A stretch of 64,000 nucleotides of DNA from Podarcis gaigeae (taxonomy: Eukaryota), in NCBI GenBank assembly GCA_964106915.2, contig OZ066918.1; one strand, written 5' to 3'. Positions 24,171 through 37,612 of the stretch are shown here, piece by piece. Numbering within the stretch: the stretch's first letter is position 1; the number at the start of each line of letters is the position of its first letter. Made by a program: the position numbers and the translations under genes. The notes under the pieces are model-generated. The model worked only from the letters and a program-made list of their open reading frames with translations. It did no database searches and was not told the DNA's origin.

Positions 24171-24817
24171 AGTCCTGGTACTTCTTTCTAGTATTGGGTC
24201 TTCTACCCTCACAATTTCAGCTGATTAATAAGGGAAAGTCTGTATCAACCTTCACTATCCATTTATCCTGGGAAGGTTTTGTACTACAACTCCCATTATT
24301 CCTGATTATGTGTCATAGTAGGTGGTGCTGATGGAAGTTGCAGTCCAAACCCTCTGGAGGGCACTAATCTGGGGAAGGCTGGTCTAGATGGCAGCAAACC
24401 AGCACCATGTTTTAATTGGGGGCAAGCTCAGTGCCAAGGCTAGCACTACACAAATAGTTATAGAACTCAATGAAAACAAATACAACATGTCACCCTGATG
24501 GATACTTTGCTGCCTGATATCTATATATTGAAAATAAGCAATCCTTTCATTTATGCTACACTAGAACTATTGAGAAGGACACATGTATAAAATAGTCTGA
24601 CCTATCAAAGGAGGGATAGCCAATTTTAGTTATACTCAGAGTAGACCTACTGGAATCAACGGATTTAGGTAACTTAGCTCCCATTTATTTCAATGGTTCT
24701 CCTGCAAGAGTTACTTATTTTAACCTCCTTCAAAGTATTTAAATATTACACATATTAAACTACTATAAAGCTATATTAAAACTCAAGGAAAAACAAATCA
24801 CACACACTGATAATTAC

Positions 24818-24905
24818 CTTGACACGTATCAATTAGAACATCCACCTGTCTAAAAATTCCTAGACGGAGGAGCTTTTCACGAGCTTCATGGGACTTCCTC
24901 ATAAC
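24818..24905 (-). CDS. SAMM50: SAMM50 exon 4
   Basis: [29 protein letters not shown](G); 88 nt. Confidence 0.96.
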
Positions 24906-25425
24906 CTTCAAAATATTTAAGGTTTAGCTTTGCACCTTAATGACTAAATGTTCAACAGTTATTTGCCAAATGCATACATTCATTATCTCACATACTGCTG
25001 TACATTTTCATTACACAAACGGGAATTCCACGACACAGAGTGGGCCTCACATAAATCAGTTTAGCATCCAACCCCAACATGTATAAGTAACTAAACTCAA
25101 AAAGTAATAACAGGAATTCATGAGGCTTACGTCTGCAAGAGCAAGACTGCAGTTTAGCACCATATTTATACACTGGAATATCTGCTTATAAAGAATACCT
25201 ATGCTTCTGTTAAAGCATGTTTTGCAATATTGTTTCGGCATGTCAGTTTGTATAGCCTATAAACCTGCTGCGTCAAGGCCCTATGTCAGCTGCTGCTAAG
25301 CTTTTCTGTCTAGTGTTGGTGTTTTGTGTACTGAGGTGTTGTTATATTTTGAATGTCATTTTTAACCTTTTTCTTAACCTAGATTGTAAATTGTCAAGAG
25401 ATGCCCTGTGCTAAGTGACTTAAAC

Positions 25426-25555
25426 CAGGCATAGGCAAACTCAGCCCTCCAGATGTTTTGGGTCTACAATTCCCATCATCCCTGACCACTGGTCCTGTTA
25501 GCTAGGGATCATAGGAGTTGTAGTCCCTAAACATCTGTAGGGCCATGTTTGCCTA
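25426..25555. mobile_element. palindromic hAT-type MITE (same family as 11194-11329)
   Basis: CAGGCATAGGCAAACTC..GTTTGCCTA. Confidence 0.7.
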
Positions 25556-25663
25556 AACAATATCATAATAGTAATATTAAACAAGGATCCTGACATTTTT
25601 AGACTTCATAGTATTTTCAAGCTTTTGAGGGTTTCAGAAAGTGAGTCTAATTTCACTACTTAC

Positions 25664-25765
25664 ATCAATGAGGTCTTTAGCTTTGAATACGTCACCAATT
25701 TCATACATGATAATGTCATCTTTAGTCCTTCCAAGTCCATCAAAGTGCACATGTTGAACCACAAC
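25664..25765 (-). CDS. SAMM50: SAMM50 exon 3
   Basis: [34 protein letters not shown] (POTRA domain); 102 nt. Confidence 0.96.
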
Positions 25766-25984
25766 CTAAAGATTAAGATGGTTCTCATCAAAATGTTAAC
25801 CCTGGAAACATTCCAAGGACAACTAGAATTTCTACTCAACTAAAACATAATGGTGCCATAACCAATGAATTATTGAATTACAATTCCAAGACAGCACAGA
25901 ACATTGTCTCATCATGAATCAAAGTCAAGAATTTTAAGTGGCAAAAACAGCATCATTATTAAACAGGTTTTTACATTATTTTGT

Positions 25985-26360
25985 GGATGAAGCCCACATT
26001 TTACCAGCTTCCTCACAAGAATATCATAGGGGACTTTGTCAAAAGCCCTACTGAAATCAAGATACACTATGTCCACAGCATTCCCCTTATTCACCAAGCT
26101 TGTAACTCCATCAAAAAAAGAAATGAGATTTGTCTGGAATGACTTATTTTTGAGAAACCCATGCTGAGTCTTAGTAACCACAGCATCATTTTCTAAGTGC
26201 TTACAAACCAATTCTTGATTTTTTTGTTCTAGGACCTTTCCTGGTATTGATGTCAAGCTTACAATTCGGTAGTTATCTGGGTCTTCTTTTTCCCCCCTTT
26301 TGAAGATGGGGACATTTGCCCACCTCTAGTTTGCAGGTACATCACCTATTCTCCAAGAAT
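25985..26360 (-). mobile_element. CR1 reverse-transcriptase fragment
   Basis: TSIPGKVLEQ..QHGFLKNKS.QTNLISFFD..VDIVYLDFSRAFDKVP; boundaries approximate. Confidence 0.85.
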
Positions 26361-26501
26361 TTTCTTTACACAATTGTTTACTAATACCTGAGAATTATTC
26401 ATTGCTAAATGGTAAGAATTCTGCTCCTACTAAAATTATGACTGTGTTACAATGACTGTGCACTGTTAAACAGAAAGACAATGGGGTATCCCAATACTCA
26501 C

Positions 26502-26612
26502 ATCTTTATTTTCCAGTATTTCCTGTTTGGTTTCTGGCTCAACTTCAACCAGTTCAGCTTCTTCCCCTATAGCACCAAAATCAGGTCCGCTCATTGGAAG
26601 AGGCTCCAAACT
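26502..26612 (-). CDS. SAMM50: SAMM50 exon 2
   Basis: [37 protein letters not shown]; 111 nt. Confidence 0.96.
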
Positions 26613-26914
26613 CTGAACAGGATAAAAATTCACCAAATATATCAATTGAGTTAAATTGGATTTAGTATTTCAAGTCCTCAAGTATTTATAGTGACTCTTA
26701 CCATTCCATCCACCTTACCATAAAAGGATGCAGTCTTGTGCAGTTGTGTTCCCAGTTCCCATGCAGTTTCATTATGAAAGAGTGGTAACGGAATGGTATC
26801 CAATTAAGTCATAAACAGAGTAGACTCACTGAAAGTGGCAGGCTTACGTTATTTAAATCCAGTTGTTTCAATAGTGGATATCACTCATAATGTATACTGC
26901 ATAAGATAAGCCTG

Positions 26915-27055
26915 TCAGTCAGCTCAGTTGGAGAGAATGTAGTGCTGATAATGCTAAGGTTGTGGGTTCGAACCCATCCAGGCCAGCTGTATATTCCTGC
27001 ATATTCCTAGATAACCCTTGGGGTATCTTCCAACTTTACATTGCTATGATTCTAA
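26915..27055 (+). mobile_element. tRNA-headed SINE with CR1-type tail (degraded)
   Basis: AGCTCAGTTGG..TGCTGATAA..GGTTGTGGGTTCGAACCC followed by TCTTCCAAC..CTATGATTCTA. Confidence 0.6.
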
Positions 27056-28177
27056 TTGCCTTCCACAGTATTACATTTTTCAGTTTGGCTTTTTATTTTA
27101 CAATGCACTTGGTCAGTATAAGTGCTATTTAGAGAATGAGTATCTCACAGAATTCAGAAGGGTTATTTAATAAAGAAAGATGATTTTAAGATTTTAAGCA
27201 GGTATATATTTTTAGACGTAACCTGCATTGGTCATTTATGTTTGGGATGTGGCTCTCATTCCATTATAGACACCTATGGTGTTGGCTGTGTTGTCCCTCT
27301 TTGACCAGCTGACACAAGCTGCATAAAACTTTGATTTCCAGAATCCTAAATTCATTTCAATATGAGACCACTGGAAACTGTCACCCTATACTTAAGATAC
27401 TTTTGAATGTGAGCTTTAAATGTATACTTTGAATAGCCCTGTAAAACTTCACCCACCTCTATTCTTTTCAGACAGCTGCTTTGAAATAAAGGTACACTAT
27501 TAATGCTGCAACAGAGAAGCTTCGGATTTTGTAATCCAGTGTGTGGTGGGGGAATAAATTAAATACAAATTGTCATTTGGGTTAATGTATCATTTTGATT
27601 CTCTAATATGCAGGGATGGGATTGCCAATTTTTTGAAGGAATTTGAAGACACTATGAAACAATATTGATATAAAAATGTTTGGAAAAGAGCTTTGGTTGA
27701 AAAGTTGGCAACAACATTGGCCAGGATGACCAAAAAGAGGGATAGTTTAAGATCAGAATGGTTTCATTTTGTAATGCACATGAATAAGAAAATGAATGAT
27801 GTAATGCTGCCATCTAATTATGCTACTTTGTGGAACACAGCTGTTTATTTTTCCTGTAGCAACATTAAGAATAGCAACATTTGCCATCTTTCTACTGTAC
27901 GTTATAGAGCAATTGTGGGGGTTCTGCTGTGTCTAATAGTCTCTGGAACTGAGTTTTATTTACATTTTAAGTTATGGTCAGAAATTTATTTATGTTTTAA
28001 GTTTTTGGGTTTTTTCATGTTTCTATGCATAAAATAACAAAACATATTTTTTTAATAAACAATGTGTTCTATTTTTCTAAGACCTCGAATGACCTGTTCA
28101 CTTGTAGCTGTTTTGTTATTGCTCTGTCTACATTTTTGCATTTCACTTTCTGCTTAATTTGTATACTTATGCTACTA

Positions 28178-28400
28178 TAGGATTCTCACAGGTACTAGAA
28201 ATCATAGAATTGTAGAGTTGGAAGGAACCCCGAGGGTCCTCTAATCCAACCCTGTGCAATACAGGAATCAAAACTACAGCATCCCTGACAGATGGGTCAT
28301 CCAACCTTTGCTTCAAAAAACCCCCAAGGAAAACAAGACCTTTTGAGGGTGTTGGAACAGCTCTTGCTGCCAGAAACATCCTCCTGATGTTTAAGATGCA
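28178..28400 (-). mobile_element. CR1 3' fragment
   Basis: ATCATAGAATTGTAGAGTTGGAAGGAACCCC is the reverse complement of the CR1 3' terminus. Confidence 0.7.
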
Positions 28401-28979
28401 AAGTGTAAGTGCCACCTCCAAGTCAGTGAGATGTACGTGGGTGTGTCATGAAGACTTTACATTCACAATAGGTGTGTAAATACTATGCTGCCAAGGAAAG
28501 CACTGCAGTCCCACCAGAGACGCCATCACAGGCAGCACCACTTTGGAGAATTATCGATTAAGGCTCCTTAGGGGAAGCAGGAGCCTCCCAGGCTCCACGC
28601 AAGCCAGTCCAAGTCTGCTGGCCGCAAGCCCTCCGCTCCCCCCTCCTTCCTTGTTCCAAAGGCTTGAGGCACCAGAGCATGTGCAAAGTCCACCACTACC
28701 CAAGGAAGGCAGGCTGGAGTGGAGGCACCGGATTCCACAGCGCACCCAAAGCAGCCTTCATGCCTTTGCACATTCTCAAGGTCACACTCTGCACATGCTC
28801 AGAAAAACGCTGCTCGGAATGTTCGGTATTGTTTTTAAGGAGAGCCCTAAAAAAGGGGGGCGGGCATTCTGCACATGCTCAGAAGAACGCAGCTCAGAAG
28901 AGACAGTATCCTTTTCAGGTGACGCCCATAAAAAACCCAATGACAATAATCCTAGGAGGAGGAATTCTTCACATGCTCA

Positions 28980-29830
28980 GAGGAACGCTGTCCCGAGCCG
29001 CCGGGCGTTGTTTTAGCGGTGCGCGCGTGCATGTGAGGGCGCGCGGGGCGGCGGGCGTCTCCGCTACCTTGGCGGCCCCGATCCCTCCCCCGCCCAAGGT
29101 CGCCGCCCTCGCCCGCCAAGCCCGCGAGCCGGGCGCTCCTTACCCGCGCGTGGACGGTGCCCATGGCCGCCTCTCAGCGACGCCGAGCGGCAGAGCGAGC
29201 GGGAGAGCCAGCGAGGGAGCGGCAGGCGAGGGAAGAAGCGCCGCGACGGTCCCTCAGGAGGAGAAGCTGCAGCGCGGGGCGGCGGCCATGACAGGAAAGC
29301 GCGTCGGCGGCAGAAGGGCCCGCCCCGCCCTTCCCGAGCGAGTCTGATTGGCCAGGCCGGGGCGGAAGGGGGCGGGGACTGGAGGAGGCGCGCACGGAAA
29401 GGAAGGGCGCCGAAACCGTAGATAAAAGTGAAGAGAGATGAATAGGTGCCAGCTTCCGGGATATATGAGGGAACTAGCTAGCGGCAAGAGGAGGCAGCAG
29501 GGTCCGTAGGCGCACAGGAGTTGTAAGAGTGGGCAGGGACCCCCGAGGGTCATCTAGACCAACCCCGCTGCCATGCAGGAATCCCAACACGCGTCAGATA
29601 TGGGACCCGAGCGGACCCTGTTTCGCTTCTGCAGATGAGCTTCGCCTCCGATATGCGCTTCGCCTCCGGTGCCCCCATCTCTCGGGTTCACGTCTGAACC
29701 CTACGTCTGTCCCCCCCCCCCGGGTTAGTTGGGCAGCTGACCGTGGAAATTGGGCGGATTGGTGTCGCCGGAAGAAGCGGCTCCAGCAAAAAGGTGGGAG
29801 CCGGCGCGAAAGCGCCTGCTGTGCTGTCTA
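28980..29830. promoter_or_regulatory. CpG island / SAMM50 promoter
   Basis: CpG-rich; NF-Y consensus GGCCAATCAG (minus strand, 29344-29353); GC boxes at about 29359-29378; ETS-type CGGAAG. Confidence 0.85.
29144..29164 (-). CDS. SAMM50: SAMM50 exon 1 (coding part)
   Basis: GCC ATG G Kozak context, MGTVHAR then GTAAG donor; the 15 exons sum to 1410 nt = 469 aa, same length as human Sam50. Confidence 0.95.
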
Positions 29831-31470
29831 GCTCCAATTTAAAAAGAGAAGTTTTTTAAATAGCGCTTTTATAATTGCCACGCTAAATGCCTTTACAGGA
29901 TTGTGAGAGTCGTGCCCCATGAGACCACAGAGCCATCTTGCAGGTTAGCGGTGAGTGGCTGAGACATAGCTGTTTGGATCCCAAGCCCCAAACCGCAAAA
30001 GACAGACATGCCACACGCAGGTTTGCAGCAGGCAAAGGCCAATCTACTTAAAATTTCACTTTGCGGTCCCAATCCGTCGCTCGCGTTTCGCATCCAACAG
30101 CACGATTCAAAAGCACGTGTCGATCTGTCTTCTGGCGCTGCCTGCGATGGAAGGGATTGCACCTCCTGTCGTGAGAATTGCACCCTCTGCACACGCCCTG
30201 TGGGTCAGGGTCCCTCTCCTTCCTGCTGTCACAGGAGTACAAGAAAAGATCTGACTTACTCGCCACCTTACTCTGCATTGTTTGTTGCAATTCTCCGTTG
30301 CATCCTTACTGCTTGAAATAAAAACACAATTTTTTTCCCAAAAACACAAAATTAGAAAGAGCAAGCGCTTTTTTTACTGTGCCGCTACCTTCTTATTTCT
30401 GCTGCCTAAAGTAAAAACAGTGCGTTTCTACATTCCACAGACAGATTTCACTTCTACCGAAGGCAAAAATGAAATTGGGGTACTAAAAGTACCAAGAAGC
30501 TCCATGTTTCTCTGATAAAGTTGCTATTAACGTTTATTATCCATAGGTCAATCCATCCCCGGGCATCTCCATGGCAAGAGAATTGTATGCTGGACTTTGC
30601 AATTGGAACTCACAAGCAGAAATTCCTTATTTATTTATTTATTTATTTATTCATACATACATACATACGCCGCTGTTTTCCCTGATATGGAGTCAAGGCA
30701 GCTTGCAGATGAAATAATAACAGTTGAAAGATGGGACAATCGTTTTAAAAAAGCAATGAAACATGAATAGAATTAAACCATTCTATTTTTTAATCCAATG
30801 AAAACATGCAGATCATTACAATTAAAAACAGCACAGCACCAGACCTGTAATTAAAAGTATGTAGTCAGTTCCCAAACAGCCTGTTGGAATAAATTGTCTC
30901 TGGGTGACTCCCAATAAAGTTCCAAAGTCTTTTCACAACCACCTATCCTCCTGTGATTGGGCCCTTGGCAGAAGGCAAAAGGCTCCCAAACTTACACCCA
31001 TGCCGTATTCAGATACCAGCCACTGAGATGACTCACTGCCCCACCCAAAACTTTCAGGCAAAGCATTGTGGCAATTGTAGTTTTATAGCAGGCTCTAAGC
31101 ACTCCAGACTCCTGGTGTAGAGCCAAGATTTTCTTCAGTCCCACCTACTCGTACATTGTTGTTGTTGTTGTTGTTGTTGTTACTTTTATTTATTAAATGT
31201 ATTACATCACTTTATCTTGCCCAAAGCAAAAATACACACATTTGAAAATGTGTAGCTTGAAAATGCACACATTTTAGGCCACTCTTTTAGATTCTATTTA
31301 GCCAGAGTTTGGTTCAATTTAAGCATGTGCTTTCTAAGTTTGGGTGCATTATATCCTTCATCTGAGAGAGTCCTCATAGGTTCCTGTTCACCTGTGTAAA
31401 ACAGGTATGAGCCCATACCTTAATATGTAAAAACATTAATAGTTTTTAAAGGCAACTTATCTCCGTGTTA

Positions 31471-31819
31471 GGGACGCAGGTGGCACTGTGGGTTAAACCA
31501 CAGAGCCTAGGACTTGCCGATCAGAAGGTCGCTGGTTCGAATCCCTGCAACGGGGTGAGCTCCCGTTGCTCAGTCCCTGCTCCTGTCAACCTAGCAGTTC
31601 GAAAGCACGTCAAAGTGCAAGTAGATAAATAGGTACCGCTCCAGCGGGAAGGTAAACGGCGTTTCCGTGCGCTGCTCTGGTTTGCCAGAAGTGGCTTAGT
31701 CATGCTGGCCACATGACCTGGAAGCTGTACGCCGGCTCCCTCGGCCAATAAAGCGAGATGAGCGCCGCAACTCCAGAGTCGGCCACGACTGGACCTAATG
31801 GTCAGGGGTCCCTTTACCT
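31471..31819 (-). mobile_element. Sauria SINE
   Basis: Reverse copy; TSD TTATCTCC(G/A)TGTTA at 31457-31470 and 31820-31833. Confidence 0.9.
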
Positions 31820-32649
31820 TTATCTCCATGTTATGAAACACCTCATTTATTCTCTACTAAATAAAATGTATGAATGATTAAGTGCATGCAACTTATGGGG
31901 ATTTATTTCCACATCAACATGTATAGCAGCCGGCCATGCATGCAGTTGGGGGGGGCAGTATTTAGAATCCAAACACTAATTTTTCAAAACAAAAGCAAAT
32001 CAAGCTGAATAGTAAATTGCAGTGCATAAAAAGCTCTATTCAAAATATACTTGTAAAAGAAAAAGCAAAATCCTGCCCACAGGTTTATTCCCTAAATAAA
32101 TACAGGAGGGAACAGGGAAAGGAAAAGACGGTGGAGAGACAGACACGTTGGGTCACTGGAGGTTTGGCGTGTGCTCTCATCAGTATATTTATGCTCTACC
32201 TCCTTGACACCTGTAAGTCGGGCAGGGGATCAGTGCCTCGCCTTGGTAGAAGAGTGGATGAGAAGCAATAAACTGAAGCTCCATCTGGGAAAGACTGACT
32301 GAGGCAGTTTTGGGGCAATTTCCTAGATTGCATGGGTGTCCAACCTGTTCTGGAAGGGATCACACTACCGCTAAAGGAGCAGGTATATAGCATGGAGAGA
32401 GACATGTGCAGAGGTTTTTAAGCAGAGGTTGGCTGGCCATTTGTCCTGTATGAGCTGGTTGAGATTCCTGCATTGTGTGTGGGGGGGGTGGACTAGATGA
32501 CCCTTGGGATCCTTCCCAACCATGCCATTCTTTAATTCCTGGATCCACTGCTGTTGCTAGAGGCATAAGTGTACATGGTTGCACGGAAACCTTCTGCCGG
32601 TTTGAGTTTGTGGCCTAGCTTTGACCGTATTTGCACAGGTATAATCTAG

Positions 32650-33120
32650 ATTTAGTGGCCTATATTCTTATCGTTTGTAGATTAGATTACCGCAATGTTA
32701 TACATGGGGCCTTCCTTTGAAGACTGTTTGGAAACTACAGCTAGTGTAGAAATCAGCCGTTTGATTACAGAGACCAGAAGATCTCAGCTTATTACACTGA
32801 TTCTGGCCTGCTTGCACTTGCTACCAATTAGTTTCTAGGCTCAATTTAAAAGAGTGGTTTTGACTTACAAAACCTCACATAGTTCAGGAATCCTAAGCCT
32901 CTGCTAAAATGAACCGGTCCAGCCCCAGCAATATTAATCAGTGTTGCTTCTCTATGTGCCTCATCTGAGAAAAATGCAGAAGAAATAGACGAGAAGAGGC
33001 TTTTTCAGGAGTGACTCTGTGCAGCTGAATGTATGCCCCCATGAAACATGCCTGGTGCTATAATTCTAAGTTTCTACCTGCAAGGCCTTTTTGTTTACCT
33101 AGGCCTTTTATGATTGTGCT
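32650..33120 (+). mobile_element. degraded L2-type LINE fragment
   Basis: RLDYRN..GLPLKT..KLQLV and LHLLPISF remnants; boundaries approximate. Confidence 0.55.
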
Positions 33121-33197
33121 AGCCTCTACTGCTGTGTTAGTCTTTTTGGAGGATAGGAGGTTGTCCTTATGATATTGTTCAATTATTATTTTAGATA

Positions 33198-33438
33198 CAG
33201 TGGTACCTCGGGTTACATACACTTCAGGTTACATCACTTCAGGTTACAGCCTCCACTAACCAAGAAATAGTGCTTCAGGTTAAGAACTTTGCTTCAGGAT
33301 GAGAACAGAAATCGTGCTCCGACGGCGCGGCGTCAGTGGGAGGCCCCATTAGCTAGAGTGGTTCTTCAGGTTAAGAACAGTTTCAGGTTAAGAACAGATC
33401 TCCGGAATGAATTACGTACTTCACCCAAGGTACCACTG
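33198..33438. mobile_element. Tigger-like MITE, opposite orientation to the 4530 and 10858 copies
   Basis: CAGTGGTACCT TIRs, TA flanks. Confidence 0.85.
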
Positions 33439-36400
33439 TACTGTGTATTGTACATCATTCTTAATTTGACTTTTGATTTTGCTTCTATTTTAAGTTGCTT
33501 TGGGACATTTCTCTTTCATTACAAAGTGATCAACAAATAATAGTATTATTATCAATTGTTCTTCATGTTGAATAGAATATAACATAAATAGCAAGTATTG
33601 TAGTTTAATGTTGCCAGCCAAACAGACCGAAAAAAACTTTTTGAAAACCATAGCCTCACTGAATTTACATTGTTACTATAAAAACATTTAGCTTTTAGAG
33701 AAGTTGAGAAAAGAACTCTGGACCCAAGGGCTCTGCTTGAGATAGCTATTGCAGTACAGCTATAATCCCTTAAGGTGTGTACATACATACTTTGCACCCA
33801 ACATCTCCACCTGTTATCTTTATCCCTGCCAGACACATTTTTTTCCAACCACCGCAGATGGAGCGCAAAGGCTACAAGAGATACTTCCCATGTAAAAGAT
33901 GTCCTTGTCTTGTGTAATAATGTGGCAGAATATAAATCTCAAAAATATTGCCACTCCATAGAAGAAATACAAACCTTGGAATATTGAATTTTAAGCTTTC
34001 TATTCATTTTCAAAATATATAATTTATAAGAACAGGAGGTAGAAATCATTTAAGATATTTGTTCACTATGAATTTCAGTGAACGGAGAGGGAGAAGCACG
34101 TCTTGTCAGCAACAGCAGGGACCAATCTTTAAATATTTTCCGAAGCCTCATAGAGGCTTCAATGGCTCTTCAGTACAATGGTAGAAACAGAAATACAGGC
34201 TTCGGTTTTTGTAATTCCATAGCTTAAATATACAACCTCTTTAAAAGACTTTAAAACTTTAAAGCAGTGGTTCCCAAAGTGGGGTTATGTGGGGGGGGGG
34301 GGGTGGCAGGAGGGATTCTGGTGATGTAAATTACTAATAGTCTTTGAAAAGTTGGTATCATTGGATCAGGTTCAATAATTTTGTTGAAATAGTTAAACTA
34401 AATAGTGATAATTGGATTGTGAACAAATGTACAATTAATTGTTACTGTTTTGAATTTATCACTGTTCTGAATAATGCTTTATATAGGGTAAGGTAAGCGA
34501 CACCAAGAGGGCAATGGTCCCCCAAAATTTGGAAGCCGCTGCTTTTACAATACAATATATTCCTTGAGCTCCCTCCTTCCAACCACAATTATCTTAAATT
34601 CAGTTTGCTATTATAAACAGCAGACACCAAAAACATTTTTGTCTCTTTATTTTGCTGCTTTATATAAACATTAGCGATTGGAACAATATTCTGGCCCACT
34701 TTGGAAATGCAATCAAGATTTTTAAAATAAAGCATACAATCAGTGATCACACAAAATAACTCATTTATGTCTATATCTTGAATGAAATAGCACCAGCAAG
34801 GATATAAATAAGAAAGTTTTCGCAATGTTAAAAATTTAAAATGTAGCTTTGTTGTTGTTTTTCTAAAAACAGCACTTCCTTCGGTTTTCACTGTATAAAG
34901 TCATAGCTGAAAGACTGCTAAATGCTTGGACAGAATTAAACTTGCCCATAGTCAATAATTAAAATAAATACACAAGACTTCCCATTCTTATGAAGGCTTT
35001 GATTTTTGTCAAAATATAAGCCACCTCATTCCTAACATAGACTCCAAAGCCAAAATCTATTTGAATGACTCTTAGGCCATTCTGCTAAGACAGCATCACT
35101 GCAGACTGCAGACCAAGTCCTCCAAGTGCCATGCCAGGGGAGGGTGATCAGCAGCCTATGGGACCAGCATTTCTTAATCATTTACCATTTTGGAGAATGC
35201 AATGTAAATCCTGCGCCATAAATAAGTATCCTTGTCACTTTAAAGTGATGAATAATGGTGGGTAAGGAATACTCAAAGCATCACTATCAAATATGGTATC
35301 CAGATTTCAGAGAGGCTATTTATCTTAACACATGTACTTCTAAAATTAAAACAATTTGAAAAGTAGCTTATTCATGATTCAGCACTACTGTCAGCTCTCA
35401 TGTGTTAGGCAACTTAAGACCTAACCTATAATAAAACTGAAAAAACATATTGGCACATTTTTGGTTAGTAAAGACTGGGCTAAAATGGTCTGAATTTAGT
35501 GCAATGGAGAACAGAATGTTTTCTGTGATTACTTCAGGGAAGCCATATACAGTTCATTTTTCAGATTTTAATCTGTTTTCAAAAGCTTCCAGTGCTGCTT
35601 GATTACAAGAAATAATAAGAAGCTTTTAAGCTTCATTAATTACAAATCACACTGTAATGTCTCAGCTATTTGGATAGGTAAATCATTCAGCCCATGACTT
35701 GATGGCATCTGCAGCTGATACTTCCATTGATCCACACCATACTGCCTGCTCTAAGAGAAAATGGTCTACAATTAGATTCCTTCAGTAAAACATCGTTAAA
35801 AGTATTGTTTATTGGGATTGAATTCAGCCCATAAGGATTCTCTGGTATGGAGTGGCACATGTGCATTGCACTAAATTCTGAACTACATCTGCGGCTTCTC
35901 CAACCCAATGAGGGAGAAAGAATCACTCAGCGAGGGCGGGGGAACCACACTTGTTAGAACACACAATGCCTCCTAAGTACTATATTTCTGAAAAACAATG
36001 AAGCCTTACGATAAGGAGTGTAACTGATGTTAACAATTCCCACAAGTATCATGCATAAGGCAAGTAAAATTATAGAGGCCTTCCCAAAAAATTCCTATAT
36101 GCCACAGTCATCTGAATACACACTGTTTGATTTTGCTCAAGTGCTAACGCCACATATGAAGACAAACAAGAAGAATATTATAAAAGTTAAATACTTTAAA
36201 ATGAAGTGGTTTTGCTAAAAATGCTTTGTCCCAATAGAAATCAGAAGACTTGGATCACTTTTTCCCTGCTGAAAATCTTGTTTGGGTAAACCATGTTCTA
36301 TTGCACTAGGGTTTTCTTAATCCTTTAGTCATTATCAGGAAGCCGGACCAGAACAGCACATTTCTCTTTCCCCAAAAGATTCCTCAAAGGCATTTTGTCA

Positions 36401-36500
36401 TCTAGTGTAAGCCAGTCTTCCAAAAGACTGTTTGGCAATCTGCTAGATAAACTGATGCCTCCAAGACTGAGATTTCTTTGTCTATCCCACAGTTCTTAAG

Positions 36501-36786
36501 CTAGTCCTCACAGGCAGTCTGGAAACTCTTCTCCGAGGAGGAGTCAAAATCCACTTCCACTCCAGATTCTTCAGAGCTCATAAAAAAGGGAGGCATGGAG
36601 TCCAAGCTTTCATTTATACCCACTGCAGCTTCTTTCTTAACCAAGTCCTCACAGTAGGGAAGATCCAAAAGCCACTCTTCAAGGTGTGTGGAAGAATGAG
36701 GCATTTTAGGAGGGCAGTAAGAAGAGTGAAGACTCGTGTTCAGGGGGCCACTCTGACACTTTCTAATCAATGCACTGTTTTCCTTG
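36501..36786 (-). CDS. PNPLA3: PNPLA3-like exon 9 (last coding exon)
   Basis: TTTTTTTACAG acceptor; phase fits exon 8; (S)KENSALIRKCQSGPL...SFQTACED*; poorly conserved tail, so identified by frame and splice signal. Confidence 0.75.
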
Positions 36787-36945
36787 CTGTAAAAAAGAAG
36801 AATAAATCTCAGTGACTCTTCAGCAACTTTTGATTTTTATCATATATAAAGATGGAATATGCTCCCCATCTTCATCCAATCAGCAGTAAATGACTGAATA
36901 GGTTTTTTGTAAAAAAAACAAATCTTCACTGAAAACATATTTATA

Positions 36946-37612
36946 CAGTGGTACCTAGATTCTCAAACAACTTGGTTCCCAAACACCGAAAACCCAGAAG
37001 TAAGTGTTTCGGTTTTCGAACATTTTTTGGAAGCCGAACATCCAACGCAGTTGTCAGCTATTGTTTCTGGGGCGCCTGCACCAACCAGAAGCTGTGCCTT
37101 GGTTTTTGAACATTTTGGAAGTGAAAGAGACTTCTGGAACGGATTAAGTTTGGCGCTTTTGTTTTTCTTATTTATTTTGCGTTTTTGAGGCTTTTTCGGT
37201 TAATCTATTTTTGTGACTGCGTGGAACCCAGTTCAGCTACTGATTGATTGATTGATTGATTGATTGACTGATTGTGTGACTGCGGAAATGGATAAAAGCC
37301 CCCCATGCTAACAATGACTATCATCAGTGCAGTTGAGAAAAAAAATAATTTTATTTTTTATCATCTACAATACTGCCTTATTTATTTCATAGTACGGTAC
37401 ATTGATTATTGCTTTCACTTTATGGATCAATGGTCTCATTAGATAGTAAAATTCATGTTAAATTGCTGTTTTAGGGGTTGTTTTTAAAAGTCTGGAATGG
37501 ATTAATCCATTTTACATTACTTTCTATGGGGAAGCGTGCCTTGGTTTTGGAACACTTTGGTTTTGGAACAGATTTCCAGAACAGATTAAGTTTGAGAACC
37601 AAGGTACCACTA
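36946..37612. mobile_element. longer Tigger-like non-autonomous element
   Basis: CAGTGGTACCT...AGGTACCACT TIRs, TA flanks, internal (GATT)n. Confidence 0.8.

Noticed and set aside
26915-26990. tRNA-Ile-like sequence
   Set aside because: Stems are degenerate and it runs into a CR1-type tail, so it is a SINE head rather than a tRNA gene
29899-29950. AG/GT-bounded segment on +, possible exon of a divergent lncRNA from the SAMM50 promoter
   Set aside because: Splice-like signals alone are common; no supporting evidence without RNA data
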